A stretch of 64,000 bases of DNA, from contig JALSIP010000051.1 in NCBI GenBank assembly GCA_026989875.1, forward strand, positions 1,161-65,160, read 5' to 3'. The notes below the pieces were generated by a model. The model saw nothing but the letters and a program-made list of their open reading frames with translations, did no database searches and had not been told where the DNA came from. A program made the translations under genes and the position numbers. This document shows, piece by piece, positions 1 to 7,830 of this stretch. Numbering within the stretch: position 1 is the first letter of the stretch; each line of letters begins with the position of its first letter. Source of the DNA: an archaeon (GTDB taxonomy: Archaea > Hydrothermarchaeota > Hydrothermarchaeia > Hydrothermarchaeales > BMS3B).

Positions 1-138
1 CAGCAGGTGCGGTGTATCTTGAGATGTTAATTGCTAAGAGGAGCAGAATAGAGCCTGCGGCGAGATACCAGATGTGTCTGTCTTTCAGAGAGCTGTGCAT
101 GCCGGGTAGGTGTGCATGCCGGTATAAAAACCATGCGG

Positions 139-345
139 TTATGCGGTTTTTCTGCAGCTTATGCTGGCAAGCAGGAAGAACACCGCAAAAACTCCTGATG
201 CTATGGCGTCGTAGAGGTAGAGCTCGGTGCTTATGCCCAGAATCTCAACGCCGAAGAGCATGTTACCCCAGGCGAGCAGGTAGGTGCCTATGCCGCAGAA
301 CACAAATACCCACGAGATTATCCTGAATGCAGCTTCCCCATCCAT
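139..345 (-). CDS. small hypothetical membrane protein, 68 aa with two predicted TM segments
   Basis: GC3-rich codon usage matches the genome. Hydrophobic segments are present. A TATA-like box (tatataaaatta, 366-377) lies about 25 nt upstream on the minus strand, suggesting a leaderless transcript. The antisense ORF 12..326 has an implausible Arg/Cys-rich composition. Confidence 0.35.
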   Translation of the reverse strand: MDGEAAFRIISWVFVFCGIGTYLLAWGNMLFGVEILGISTELYLYDAIASGVFAVFFLLASISCRKTA

Positions 346-679
346 AGAAGAGTGTGAGCGCAGAGGTATATAAAATTATGCCTGGTGCCAGCCGGGGGTG
401 AAATTGGCAGTCACGGGAAGTGCGCAGGGTTTAATAATGTTTAGCGTGGAAGAGAAGAGGGAGCGTGACTGGGGAATAAGAGGGGTATGAGATATGTTTG
501 TTGGCCCATTTTAACCACGGGATGATTCACGGGTCTTCATGCTCTTAGACGATGTGAGATTCTGGTTCACAAACCCCGCATCGCCCGGTGGCCTTTGTCA
601 GAATCGCAGATGGTGGCTTCTGCGACGATGAAAAGCCGCAGAATGAACAAGATAGGGGGGTCCTGCGACCCCTTCATGA

Positions 680-755
680 TAGCGGGGGGTCGATTTGAAC
701 GACCGATCTCCGGGTTATGAGCCCGGCGGGATGGACCTAGCTACCCCACCCCGCT
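680..755 (-). tRNA. tRNA-Met (anticodon CAT), initiator-like
   Basis: Manual fold of the reverse complement: 7-bp acceptor stem AGCGGGG/CCCCGCU with an A1:U72 pair; anticodon stem CCGGG/CCCGG with loop CUCAUAA; T-arm GGUCG-UUCAAAU-CGACC; three G-C pairs at the base of the anticodon stem. These are typical of an archaeal initiator. No CCA is encoded. Confidence 0.8.
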
Positions 756-797
756 GTTATTCTTAATCCTCCCGTACCATCATAAAAAAATCCAGAA

Positions 798-1787
798 TCA
801 CCCAACCTTCCAGCTTCTCGGGTAGGTTCCCGGGGGCATGAGCACCCTGTCCATTCTCACCGCTATGCCCCTGTCAGAGGCGAGCATTTCGGTGGTGTCC
901 ATCTCCGCCACGCCCAGGGCAATAAGCTCGCCCTTCAGCGTCATCACCGCCACCGTGTCCCCCTTTTTAATCTCGGCATCCAGCTTCACCACTCCAGGCA
1001 CGGCGAGAGCTGCACCGTGGCACAGCGCATCCACCGCTGAGTCCCTGACCACGACTCTGGGGAGGTGCCTCACGCTCTCCTCCACGCACCTGACCACCCT
1101 GCGCAGGTATCGCTCGTCTCCATCCTCCTTCCAGAAGTGGTAGGCATCGCAGAGCTCGTGCAGCGTCACAGCCTCCTCGGCGCAGAAGCTGCTGCTTTTG
1201 GTTCTTCTGAGCTCTGTCATGTGGGCGCCTGTTCCCAGCACCTCGCCGATATCGTGGCAGAGCTTGCGTATGTAGGTGCCAGCCTCGCACCCCACCCTGA
1301 ACAGCACGAACCTGCCGTCCATCTCCAGCAGCTCCAAGTAGTAGATTCGCCTCACCCTCAGGCTTCTCTTAACCGCGCTCCTCACCGGCGGACGCTGCAC
1401 GATTTTGCCTGTGAACTCCTCAAAAACCCTCCTCACCTCCTCCTCCCCAGCCTCTGCGTGCAGCCTCATAACCCCCACGTACTCCTTCCCTCCCGTGAGA
1501 AGCACCTGCAGCACCCTGGTGCTCTTCTCCAGTGCCACAGGCAGCACGCCCGAGACCTGAGGGTCCAGCGTGCCCCCGTGCCCCGCCTTCCTCACCTGCA
1601 GCAGCCTCTTAACCCAGGCAACAACCTCGTGCGAGGTGGGTCCCTTGGGCTTGTCCAGGTTTATAATCCCGTACCTCAGGTGCTCCTCAATGCTTCGCTT
1701 CTCCGGAGGTGTGCCGTACTCCGGGCTCGTTCTGGCTCTGGACTTCACCACGAGCTTCCGCTCTCTCTCTGAGGGAAGGCTGCTCAT
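798..1787 (-). CDS. cbf5: H/ACA RNP pseudouridine synthase Cbf5 (TruB family with PUA domain)
   Basis: 329 aa with TruB catalytic motifs (GHGGTLDP) and a C-terminal PUA-like region. It forms an ATGA overlap with the upstream rpl14e. It sits in the conserved archaeal rpl34e-cmk-rpl14e-cbf5 cluster. Confidence 0.9.
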   Translation of the reverse strand: MSSLPSERERKLVVKSRARTSPEYGTPPEKRSIEEHLRYGIINLDKPKGPTSHEVVAWVKRLLQVRKAGHGGTLDPQVSGVLPVALEKSTRVLQVLLTGGKEYVGVMRLHAEAGEEEVRRVFEEFTGKIVQRPPVRSAVKRSLRVRRIYYLELLEMDGRFVLFRVGCEAGTYIRKLCHDIGEVLGTGAHMTELRRTKSSSFCAEEAVTLHELCDAYHFWKEDGDERYLRRVVRCVEESVRHLPRVVVRDSAVDALCHGAALAVPGVVKLDAEIKKGDTVAVMTLKGELIALGVAEMDTTEMLASDRGIAVRMDRVLMPPGTYPRSWKVG

Positions 1788-2017
1788 CCTAAGAGTCCCG
1801 CTTCCTTCATAGCCTTCTCAATCTCTTCCTTGGACGCACCCTCAGCTATCTTCAGCACCACATCCAGAGGCTCAAGGTGCTTCACGTTGCACCTTCTCCT
1901 CTTGATTTCAGGAGAATCAACGAGCACGAAGTTTCTGTCTATCTTCTCAACCACCACAGCCTTCTTGCCCGCCTCTCTGCCAGCAAGCTTAATGCACACT
2001 CTACCCACTTCAAACAT
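1784..2017 (-). CDS. rpl14e: 50S ribosomal protein L14e
   Basis: KOW-type L14e signature VGRVCIKLAGREAGKKAVVV. The likely start is the internal Met at 2017; the longest ORF runs to 2044 and would overlap cmk. Confidence 0.8.
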   Translation of the reverse strand: MFEVGRVCIKLAGREAGKKAVVVEKIDRNFVLVDSPEIKRRRCNVKHLEPLDVVLKIAEGASKEEIEKAMKEAGLLG

Positions 2018-2579
2018 CTCGCTCACACTCCCTGTTAGCTTCAAGTGCTCTGCCGGGTTTTGAGGATGAGATGCAGAGAGAGATTATCTGGATAACGTCA
2101 TCAGCTTCGTAAAGGCTGGTGTTGAGAACTATGTCATAGGGCGAGAGGTCCCACAGGTCTATGCCGTATATCTCCCGGTAGCGCTTTGCCTCGCTCTCCT
2201 CCCTTTTTCTGGTCTCTGCCAGCGCCTGCTCGTAGCTTATACCCTCACGTCTCGCCACCCTCTCTGCCCTCACCTCTATGGGCGCCTTCAGCCAGATTTT
2301 TATCTCAGCTTCGGGTATCAGCCAGGCGGTGAGCCTGCCGTCCACCACCGCGCTTTCTCCGCTTCTGGCAAGCTCAACCTGCGTGCGGTCTATCAGGCGG
2401 TCAATCTCCTCATTCTCTTCCGCATACCTGGAGAACTCATTCAGGCTCATGCCACGCTCCCTGGCGAGCCTCCTGAATACCTCACCCGCACTTATGTGCC
2501 TGAAGCAGAAGCGCTCTGCCAGAGCTCTGGCTACCGTGGTTTTGCCGGAGCCTATGGGACCGCTGACCGTGACTATCAT
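2010..2579 (-). CDS. cmk: cytidylate kinase, archaeal type
   Basis: P-loop MIVTVSGPIGSGKTTVAR and archaeal CMP kinase length. Start is taken at MIVTVSG (2579), giving an ATGA overlap with rpl34e. Confidence 0.85.
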   Translation of the reverse strand: MIVTVSGPIGSGKTTVARALAERFCFRHISAGEVFRRLARERGMSLNEFSRYAEENEEIDRLIDRTQVELARSGESAVVDGRLTAWLIPEAEIKIWLKAPIEVRAERVARREGISYEQALAETRKREESEAKRYREIYGIDLWDLSPYDIVLNTSLYEADDVIQIISLCISSSKPGRALEANRECERDV

Positions 2580-2842
2580 GATGCCCTCACAAGCCTCTTT
2601 ATCTCGGCACGCATGCATGAAGAGCAGAGGTAGCCGCCGTAGGGTCTTGAAACCCTGCGCTGGGAACGCCTCACCCTGCTGAGCTCAGTTCCCCTGCCCC
2701 TTGCAATCCCGTGCAGCTCCCTCTTGCAAAGCGCGCACTTCGCATACCCGGGGCGGCGCTTTCTGAAGTGCATCACCAGCCTGCCGCCAGGGGTGCGCTT
2801 GACCACTCTCTTCAACGACCTGGAACGCTGACTGCGCTTCAT
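2576..2842 (-). CDS. rpl34e: 50S ribosomal protein L34e
   Basis: Arg/Lys-rich small protein with a zinc-ribbon CxxC...CxxC motif (CALCKREL...CSSCMRAEI). L34e family. Confidence 0.8.
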   Translation of the reverse strand: MKRSQRSRSLKRVVKRTPGGRLVMHFRKRRPGYAKCALCKRELHGIARGRGTELSRVRRSQRRVSRPYGGYLCSSCMRAEIKRLVRAS

Positions 2843-2894
2843 AACTCTCACCCACACCTACACCACTTGCTTGCCCCTTTTATTTCTTTCGGTG

Positions 2895-2998
2895 TAAGGG
2901 CGCCGTGCCCGCCCTTAAACCCCTCCTCACCTAAGGGCGCCGCACCCGCCCTTAAACCCTTCCTCACCTGAGGGCGCCGCACGGCGCTGCGCCCTTGC
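2895..2998. repeat. 37-bp direct repeat, 2.8 copies, each unit carrying a 7-bp-stem hairpin (AAGGGCG-N7-CGCCCTT)
   Basis: Unit 1 is 2895-2931 and unit 2 is 2932-2968 (about 92 percent identical). A degenerate unit 3 is 2969-2998. The stems are conserved while the loops vary. The repeat lies in the divergent intergenic region between rpl34e (-) and nuoA (+). Confidence 0.7.
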
Positions 2999-3025
2999 AT
3001 GTTCAACAACGCTTTAACATCTCTG

Positions 3026-3044
3026 CAGAAAAATTTTTATACTA
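3026..3044 (+). promoter_or_regulatory. putative BRE/TATA promoter for the nuo/fqo operon
   Basis: cagaaaaa followed by tttttatact is archaeal BRE+TATA-like. It lies about 45 nt upstream of the nuoA start. Confidence 0.4.
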
Positions 3045-3088
3045 CCTCTGAATCATAATGGAGAGGTTGTCAGCCAGCGGGTGATACC

Positions 3089-3466
3089 TTGAGTGTGAGT
3101 GAGGCTTACCTGACTGTTGGAATATTCGTGCTGGTAGGCGTGCTATTTCCCGCGGTAACCATATTTGTGGCAAGCCTCCTTCGCAGACCTGCAAAGCCAG
3201 AGCCCGGGAAGTACCTCACCTACGAGTGCAGCGTGCTTCCCTTCACCGACGCCAGAATTCAGCACAACGTGGAGTACTACATGTACGCCCTACTCTTCGT
3301 GCTCTTTGACGTTGAGACAGTCTTCCTGTATCCCTGGGCGATGACCTACAGGAGCTTCGGCATTCTCGCAACCGCCGAAGTTATTGTGTTCATAGGCATC
3401 TTAGCCCTCGGTCTGGTTTATGCCTGGAAGAAAGGTGCGCTGGAGTGGATGAAAGGATGGAGGTAA
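3089..3466 (+). CDS. nuoA: NADH/F420H2:quinone oxidoreductase subunit A (NuoA/FpoA/FqoA)
   Basis: Three-TM protein with the NuoA signature YECSV...[15 protein letters not shown]...YPWA. TTG start. Confidence 0.85.
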   Translation: MSVSEAYLTVGIFVLVGVLFPAVTIFVASLLRRPAKPEPGKYLTYECSVLPFTDARIQHNVEYYMYALLFVLFDVETVFLYPWAMTYRSFGILATAEVIVFIGILALGLVYAWKKGALEWMKGWR

Positions 3467-3927
3467 AGCTTCCTAAGGTTATACTCACAAAGCTGGACCG
3501 TCTGGTGTTTGACCAGGCGAGACCCTACACCATGTGGCCCCTTACCTTCGGCTTAGCCTGCTGCGCCATAGAGATGATGGCGACAGGCTGCTCCCGCTAC
3601 GACGCCTTTGAGCGCTTCGGCATGCTCTTCAGGGCAACCCCCAGGCAGGCAGACCTCATGATAGTGGCTGGCACAGTCACCAAGAAGATGGCGCCCAACG
3701 TGAAGAGGCTGTACGAGCAGATGCCCGAGCCCAAGTACGTCATCGCCATGGGCGAGTGCGCCATCTCAGGCGGACCCTTCTACGACAGCTACAGCGTGCT
3801 GAACGGTGTGGACGAGATTATTCCTGTGGACGTCTACGTGCCCGGCTGCCCTCCGAGACCGGAGACGCTGATAGACGCCATAGTGAAGCTCCAGAAGAAG
3901 ATAAAGGAAGGCAGGATAGAGAGGTAG
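3445..3927 (+). CDS. nuoB: complex I-like subunit B (20 kDa, [4Fe-4S] N2)
   Basis: [16 protein letters not shown] ... GCPPRP motifs. The start may be 3445 or 3457. Confidence 0.9.
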   Translation: MDERMEVKLPKVILTKLDRLVFDQARPYTMWPLTFGLACCAIEMMATGCSRYDAFERFGMLFRATPRQADLMIVAGTVTKKMAPNVKRLYEQMPEPKYVIAMGECAISGGPFYDSYSVLNGVDEIIPVDVYVPGCPPRPETLIDAIVKLQKKIKEGRIER

Positions 3928-3928
3928 C

Positions 3929-5554
3929 GTGATGGATGCGGAGCAGAGCGTAGAGCTGGAGGCAGAGCAGAAGCTTGCAGAGGAGCTTGCGGAGAGGTTT
4001 TCAGCGGAGGCAGAGCCCAAGCGCAGGCACAGGGTTGATGTGAGGGTTGACAGGAGCAGCTTCTATCAGCTTGCTGAGCATCTCAGGCATGCTGGATTTG
4101 ACCACCTCTCCTGCATAACCGGCGTTGACCTCGGGGAGAAGCTTGAGGTGGTTTACCACCTGTGGAGGCAGAGGGACAGGGTGCTTGCCGAGGTGCACGT
4201 GGAGCTGCCTGCAGAGAAGCCGGAGATAGAGAGCGTGGTCAGCCTGTGGAAGGCTGCCGACTGGCACGAGCGCGAGACCTACGACATGCTGGGCGTGGTT
4301 TTCACCGGGCATCCAGACCTGAGGCGCATCCTCCTTCCGGAGAGCTTTCAGGGGCACCCGCTGAGAAAGGACTTCAAGCTTGAGCCCCAGCCCTGGTATC
4401 GTCAGGGCAGAGCAGAGCTCTGGGAGACGGAGGTCAGGGTGGAGGCGGCTGAAGATGGAGAAACCGAAACCATGGTGCTCAACATAGGACCCCAGCATCC
4501 ATCCACCCACGGTGTGGCGAGGCTTGTCACAACCCTGAGCGGTGAGACCGTGCTCAAGGTTGAGCCCGTGATAGGCTATCTGCACAGGGGTATAGAGAAG
4601 ATATGCGAGAACCGCACCTATCCTCAGATAGTACCCATCACCGACCGCTTAGACTACATCTCAGCCATGGCAAACAATCTCGGCTACGCGCTTGCTGTGG
4701 AGGAGCTCATGGGCATAAAGGTGCCCGAGCGTGCCGAGTACCTGAGGGTTATTCTTGCGGAGCTGCAGCGCATCGCCAATCATTTAATGTTCATAGCCGC
4801 CTTCGGCGCAGACCTGGGCGCCTGGACGGTGATGATGTACGGCTTCAGGGAGAGGGAGATGGTGCTTGACCTCCTGGAGCAGGTTTCCGGGCAGCGCCTT
4901 CTCTACAACTACATCACCATCGGCGGGCTCAGGCAGGACGTGCCCCAGGGGTGGGAGGACAACGTGCGCATCTTCCTGCAGGAGCTTCCCAGGAGGCTGA
5001 AGGACTACGAGAGGTACTTCTTCAACAACGAAATCTTCCTGCGCAGGTGCAGGGGTGTGGGTGTGCTTGAGCCGGAGCTTGCGATAGAGCTTGGGGTAAC
5101 AGGTCCGATGCTCAGGGCAAGCGGGGTGGCAAGGGACCTCCGCAGGGACGAGCCCTACTCGGTTTATCCGAAGTTTGACTTTGAGGTGGTCACCGAGCAG
5201 GAGGGCGACACGCTGGCGAGGTTTGTCATCAGACTGAAGGAGATTTACGAAAGCCTGCACATAATAGAGCAGGCGCTTGACGACCTGCCGGAGGGTGAGG
5301 TTATGGCTGAAAAGGTGCCCAAGGTGCTGCGACCGCCCAAGGGGCATGCGTACTCCAGGATAGAATCACCAAAGGGAGAGCTTGCCTTCTATGTGGTCAG
5401 CGATGGCTCACCCAAGCCCTACAGGGTGAGAATCAGGAGCCCCGCCTTCTGCAACCTCTCCGCCTTCCCGCACTACTGCACTGGCGAAATTATTCCTGAC
5501 ATGATAATCAACTTCGCCAGCATAGACATTGTGATGGGGGAGATAGACAGATGA
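3929..5554 (+). CDS. nuoCD: fused complex I-like subunits C and D (30 kDa + 49 kDa)
   Basis: 541 aa. The N-terminal part is NuoC-like. The C-terminal part is NuoD/NiFe-hydrogenase-large-subunit-like (GPQHPSTHGVARL ..., C-terminal DIVMGEIDR). Confidence 0.9.
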   Translation: MMDAEQSVELEAEQKLAEELAERFSAEAEPKRRHRVDVRVDRSSFYQLAEHLRHAGFDHLSCITGVDLGEKLEVVYHLWRQRDRVLAEVHVELPAEKPEIESVVSLWKAADWHERETYDMLGVVFTGHPDLRRILLPESFQGHPLRKDFKLEPQPWYRQGRAELWETEVRVEAAEDGETETMVLNIGPQHPSTHGVARLVTTLSGETVLKVEPVIGYLHRGIEKICENRTYPQIVPITDRLDYISAMANNLGYALAVEELMGIKVPERAEYLRVILAELQRIANHLMFIAAFGADLGAWTVMMYGFREREMVLDLLEQVSGQRLLYNYITIGGLRQDVPQGWEDNVRIFLQELPRRLKDYERYFFNNEIFLRRCRGVGVLEPELAIELGVTGPMLRASGVARDLRRDEPYSVYPKFDFEVVTEQEGDTLARFVIRLKEIYESLHIIEQALDDLPEGEVMAEKVPKVLRPPKGHAYSRIESPKGELAFYVVSDGSPKPYRVRIRSPAFCNLSAFPHYCTGEIIPDMIINFASIDIVMGEIDR

Positions 5555-6582
5555 GCGAGCTGGTGTGGAGCATACTGAAGGCGCTGGTGGGTGTGGTGGC
5601 GGTGATACTGTTCCTCTCCCTCAACGTTCTCTTTCTCACCTGGATGGAGAGGAAGGTAATTGCAAGGATTCACGTGCGCTACGGTCCAAACAGAGCAGGA
5701 CCCTTCGGGCTTCTCCAGCCCATAGCCGACATGCTGAAGCTGCTCACCAAGGAGGACATAGTGCCCGAGAAGGCTGACCGCATAGTGTTCAACCTCGCCC
5801 CTATTATGGCGTTCCTCTTCGCCCTGCTGCCTGCTGCGGCGATAGGCATAGGCAGCGGGCTCATAGCGGCAGACCTGCCGGCTGGCGTGCTCTACATAGC
5901 GGCGGTGGCATCGCTCTCAACCATAGCGGTGCTCATGGCTGCCTGGGGCTCAAACAACAAGTACTCCCTTCTCGGCGGGATGCGTACCGCTGCCCAGAGC
6001 CTGAGCTACGAGATACCCCTGGTGCTCAGCATGCTGGGTGTGGTGGCGATAGTGGGCTCGCTGAGCACCCAGGACATAGTTGAGGCGCAGTCCTCAGCCT
6101 GGTTCGGCATAATCCCCAAGTGGTTCATCTTCTACCAGCCCATAGCATTCATCGTGTTCCTCTCGGCGGTGGTTGCGGAGATGGGCAGGATACCCTTTGA
6201 CCTGCCGGAGAGCGAGTCCGAGCTTGTGGCAGGCTTCCACACCGAGTACAGCGGCATGAAGTTTGCCATGTTCATGTTCGCCGAGTACATCCACTTCGTG
6301 GTGGGCTCGGCGCTTCTCGTCACCCTGTTCTTAGGCGGCTGGCATCTGCCGGTGGTAACCCCGCTCGCAGAGAGCCTGGGCGTGCTCAAGTACGTGGTGC
6401 AGGTGGCGGTGTTCGTGGCGAAGATGTATGCTGTAATCTTCCTGCTGATGTGGGTCAGGGGCACGCTCACCAGGACCAAGGTGAACGACATGCTTGGCTT
6501 CGGATGGAAGGGGCTGCTCCCGCTGGCACTCTTCAACGTGGTGCTCACGGGAGTGGTGCTCACCCTGAGGGGTGGTGCGTGA
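5551..6582 (+). CDS. nuoH: complex I-like subunit H (membrane, quinone site)
   Basis: 343 aa, polytopic, with NuoH/ND1 motifs (RVGPNRVGP-like YGPNRAGPFGLLQP). Confidence 0.9.
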   Translation: MSELVWSILKALVGVVAVILFLSLNVLFLTWMERKVIARIHVRYGPNRAGPFGLLQPIADMLKLLTKEDIVPEKADRIVFNLAPIMAFLFALLPAAAIGIGSGLIAADLPAGVLYIAAVASLSTIAVLMAAWGSNNKYSLLGGMRTAAQSLSYEIPLVLSMLGVVAIVGSLSTQDIVEAQSSAWFGIIPKWFIFYQPIAFIVFLSAVVAEMGRIPFDLPESESELVAGFHTEYSGMKFAMFMFAEYIHFVVGSALLVTLFLGGWHLPVVTPLAESLGVLKYVVQVAVFVAKMYAVIFLLMWVRGTLTRTKVNDMLGFGWKGLLPLALFNVVLTGVVLTLRGGA

Positions 6583-7040
6583 TGCTTCAGAAGCTGAAGA
6601 ACCTCTCACACCTGCTGCCCATGAGCGTGACCTTCAAGCACCTCTTCAAGCCCCCCATCACCCTGCAGTACCCCGAACAGAGGCAGCAGCTCAAGCAGAG
6701 GTACAGGTGCCTGCAGAGGCTGGACGTGAAGAAGTGCATAAGCTGCGGCAACTGTGCGAGAGCCTGCCCCAACGGTGCCATCAAGATGAAGGTGGTGGGC
6801 ATAGAGGAGAAGAAGGTGAAGGATAAGGTGGTGAAGAAGGAGAAGAAGCATCCCGAGATTTACTTGGGAAGGTGCATGTTCTGCGGGCTGTGTGTTGATG
6901 CCTGCCCGGTTAAGGCGCTCACCTGGCGCAACGACGTTCTGGAGCTTGCCGAGTACACGAGGGAGGAGCTCTTCTATCCCTGGTGGAAGCTTGCGGGGTA
7001 TGAGGTTGAGCCGGCTAAGGAAGGGGGGAGCGGGCAGTGA
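6582..7040 (+). CDS. nuoI: complex I-like subunit I (2x[4Fe-4S] ferredoxin)
   Basis: Two CxxCxxCxxxCP motifs separated by a Lys-rich insert (EEKKVKDKVVKKEKKH). The ATG at 6582 overlaps the nuoH stop (ATGA). The longer ORF from 6450 is rejected because it overlaps nuoH. Confidence 0.85.
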   Translation: MLQKLKNLSHLLPMSVTFKHLFKPPITLQYPEQRQQLKQRYRCLQRLDVKKCISCGNCARACPNGAIKMKVVGIEEKKVKDKVVKKEKKHPEIYLGRCMFCGLCVDACPVKALTWRNDVLELAEYTREELFYPWWKLAGYEVEPAKEGGSGQ

Positions 7041-7534
7041 TTCAGGAGCTGGTGTTTCTGGTGATATCCCTCTTCGTGATAGCGGGCGCCGCAGGGGTGG
7101 TGTTTGCCCAGCGGCTGTTCCATGCGGTTCTCTCCTTGGCGCTCTGCCTGCTCTCGGTGGCTGCAGTTTACATCACCCTGGGTGCTGAATTTCTCGCGGT
7201 GATACAGGTGCTGGTTTATGCTGGTGGAGTGGTGGTGCTGTTCCTCTTTGCGGTCATGCTCACGAGGAGCGACCTGCAGCTCAGGCGGGAGCCCCTGGAG
7301 AGCTTTGCCCCCGTGTCAGCGGTGCTCTTCGGTGTGCTGGTGCTCTTCTACATCGCAAGAACAGGCTTCGTGCCTCAGGGCGAAAGAGCCCTTGCCCCCG
7401 GGGATGTGGCGAGCGTGGGGCAGGTGATATTCTCACCCAAGGCTTATGCTCTGCCCTTTGAGCTTGTGGGCATACTGCTGCTTGCGGCGATGGTCGGAGC
7501 CATATACCTGGCGAGGAGGGATGAGCGGTGGTAA
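7037..7534 (+). CDS. nuoJ: complex I-like subunit J
   Basis: 165 aa hydrophobic protein. Position and size fit NuoJ. Confidence 0.8.
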   Translation: MIQELVFLVISLFVIAGAAGVVFAQRLFHAVLSLALCLLSVAAVYITLGAEFLAVIQVLVYAGGVVVLFLFAVMLTRSDLQLRREPLESFAPVSAVLFGVLVLFYIARTGFVPQGERALAPGDVASVGQVIFSPKAYALPFELVGILLLAAMVGAIYLARRDERW

Positions 7535-7830
7535 CGGTGTACCACTATGTGTTTCTGGCGGCGGTGCTCTTCATAATAGGCGCCTACGGCATGCTTTCAG
7601 CGAGGAATGCCGTGAGGGTGCTCATGAGCATTGAGCTCATGCTGAACGCTGCAAACATCAACCTGGTTGCCTTCTCCAGCTACTCTGGCACTGTGAGCGG
7701 GCAGGCGCTTGCTTCCTTTGTCATCGCGGTGGCTGCAGCCGAGGCGGGTGTGGGCATAGCCATTCTCTTGGTGCTGTACAGGAGAATGAGAAGCGTGAAC
7801 CTGCGTGAGGCAGTGAGCATGAGGTGGTGA
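7528..7830 (+). CDS. nuoK: complex I-like subunit K
   Basis: 100 aa, three TM segments. NuoK/ND4L-like, with a conserved Glu in a TM segment. Confidence 0.8.
   Translation: MVTVYHYVFLAAVLFIIGAYGMLSARNAVRVLMSIELMLNAANINLVAFSSYSGTVSGQALASFVIAVAAAEAGVGIAILLVLYRRMRSVNLREAVSMRW

Noticed and set aside
12-326. 104-aa plus-strand ORF at the window start
   Set aside because: The Arg/Cys/Trp-rich composition is atypical for this genome. It is antisense to a small membrane ORF (139-345) that has proper codon bias and a TATA box.
1065-1772. 235-aa plus-strand ORF
   Set aside because: It is antisense to cbf5. It is a shadow ORF, typical in high-GC DNA.
2895-2998. Possible CRISPR array
   Set aside because: The repeats are contiguous with no spacers. 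There are only about three copies. No cas genes are nearby.
6450-6581. N-terminal 44-codon extension of the nuoI ORF
   Set aside because: It overlaps the nuoH coding sequence in another frame. The conserved NuoI sequence begins at the ATG at 6582, which overlaps the nuoH stop.
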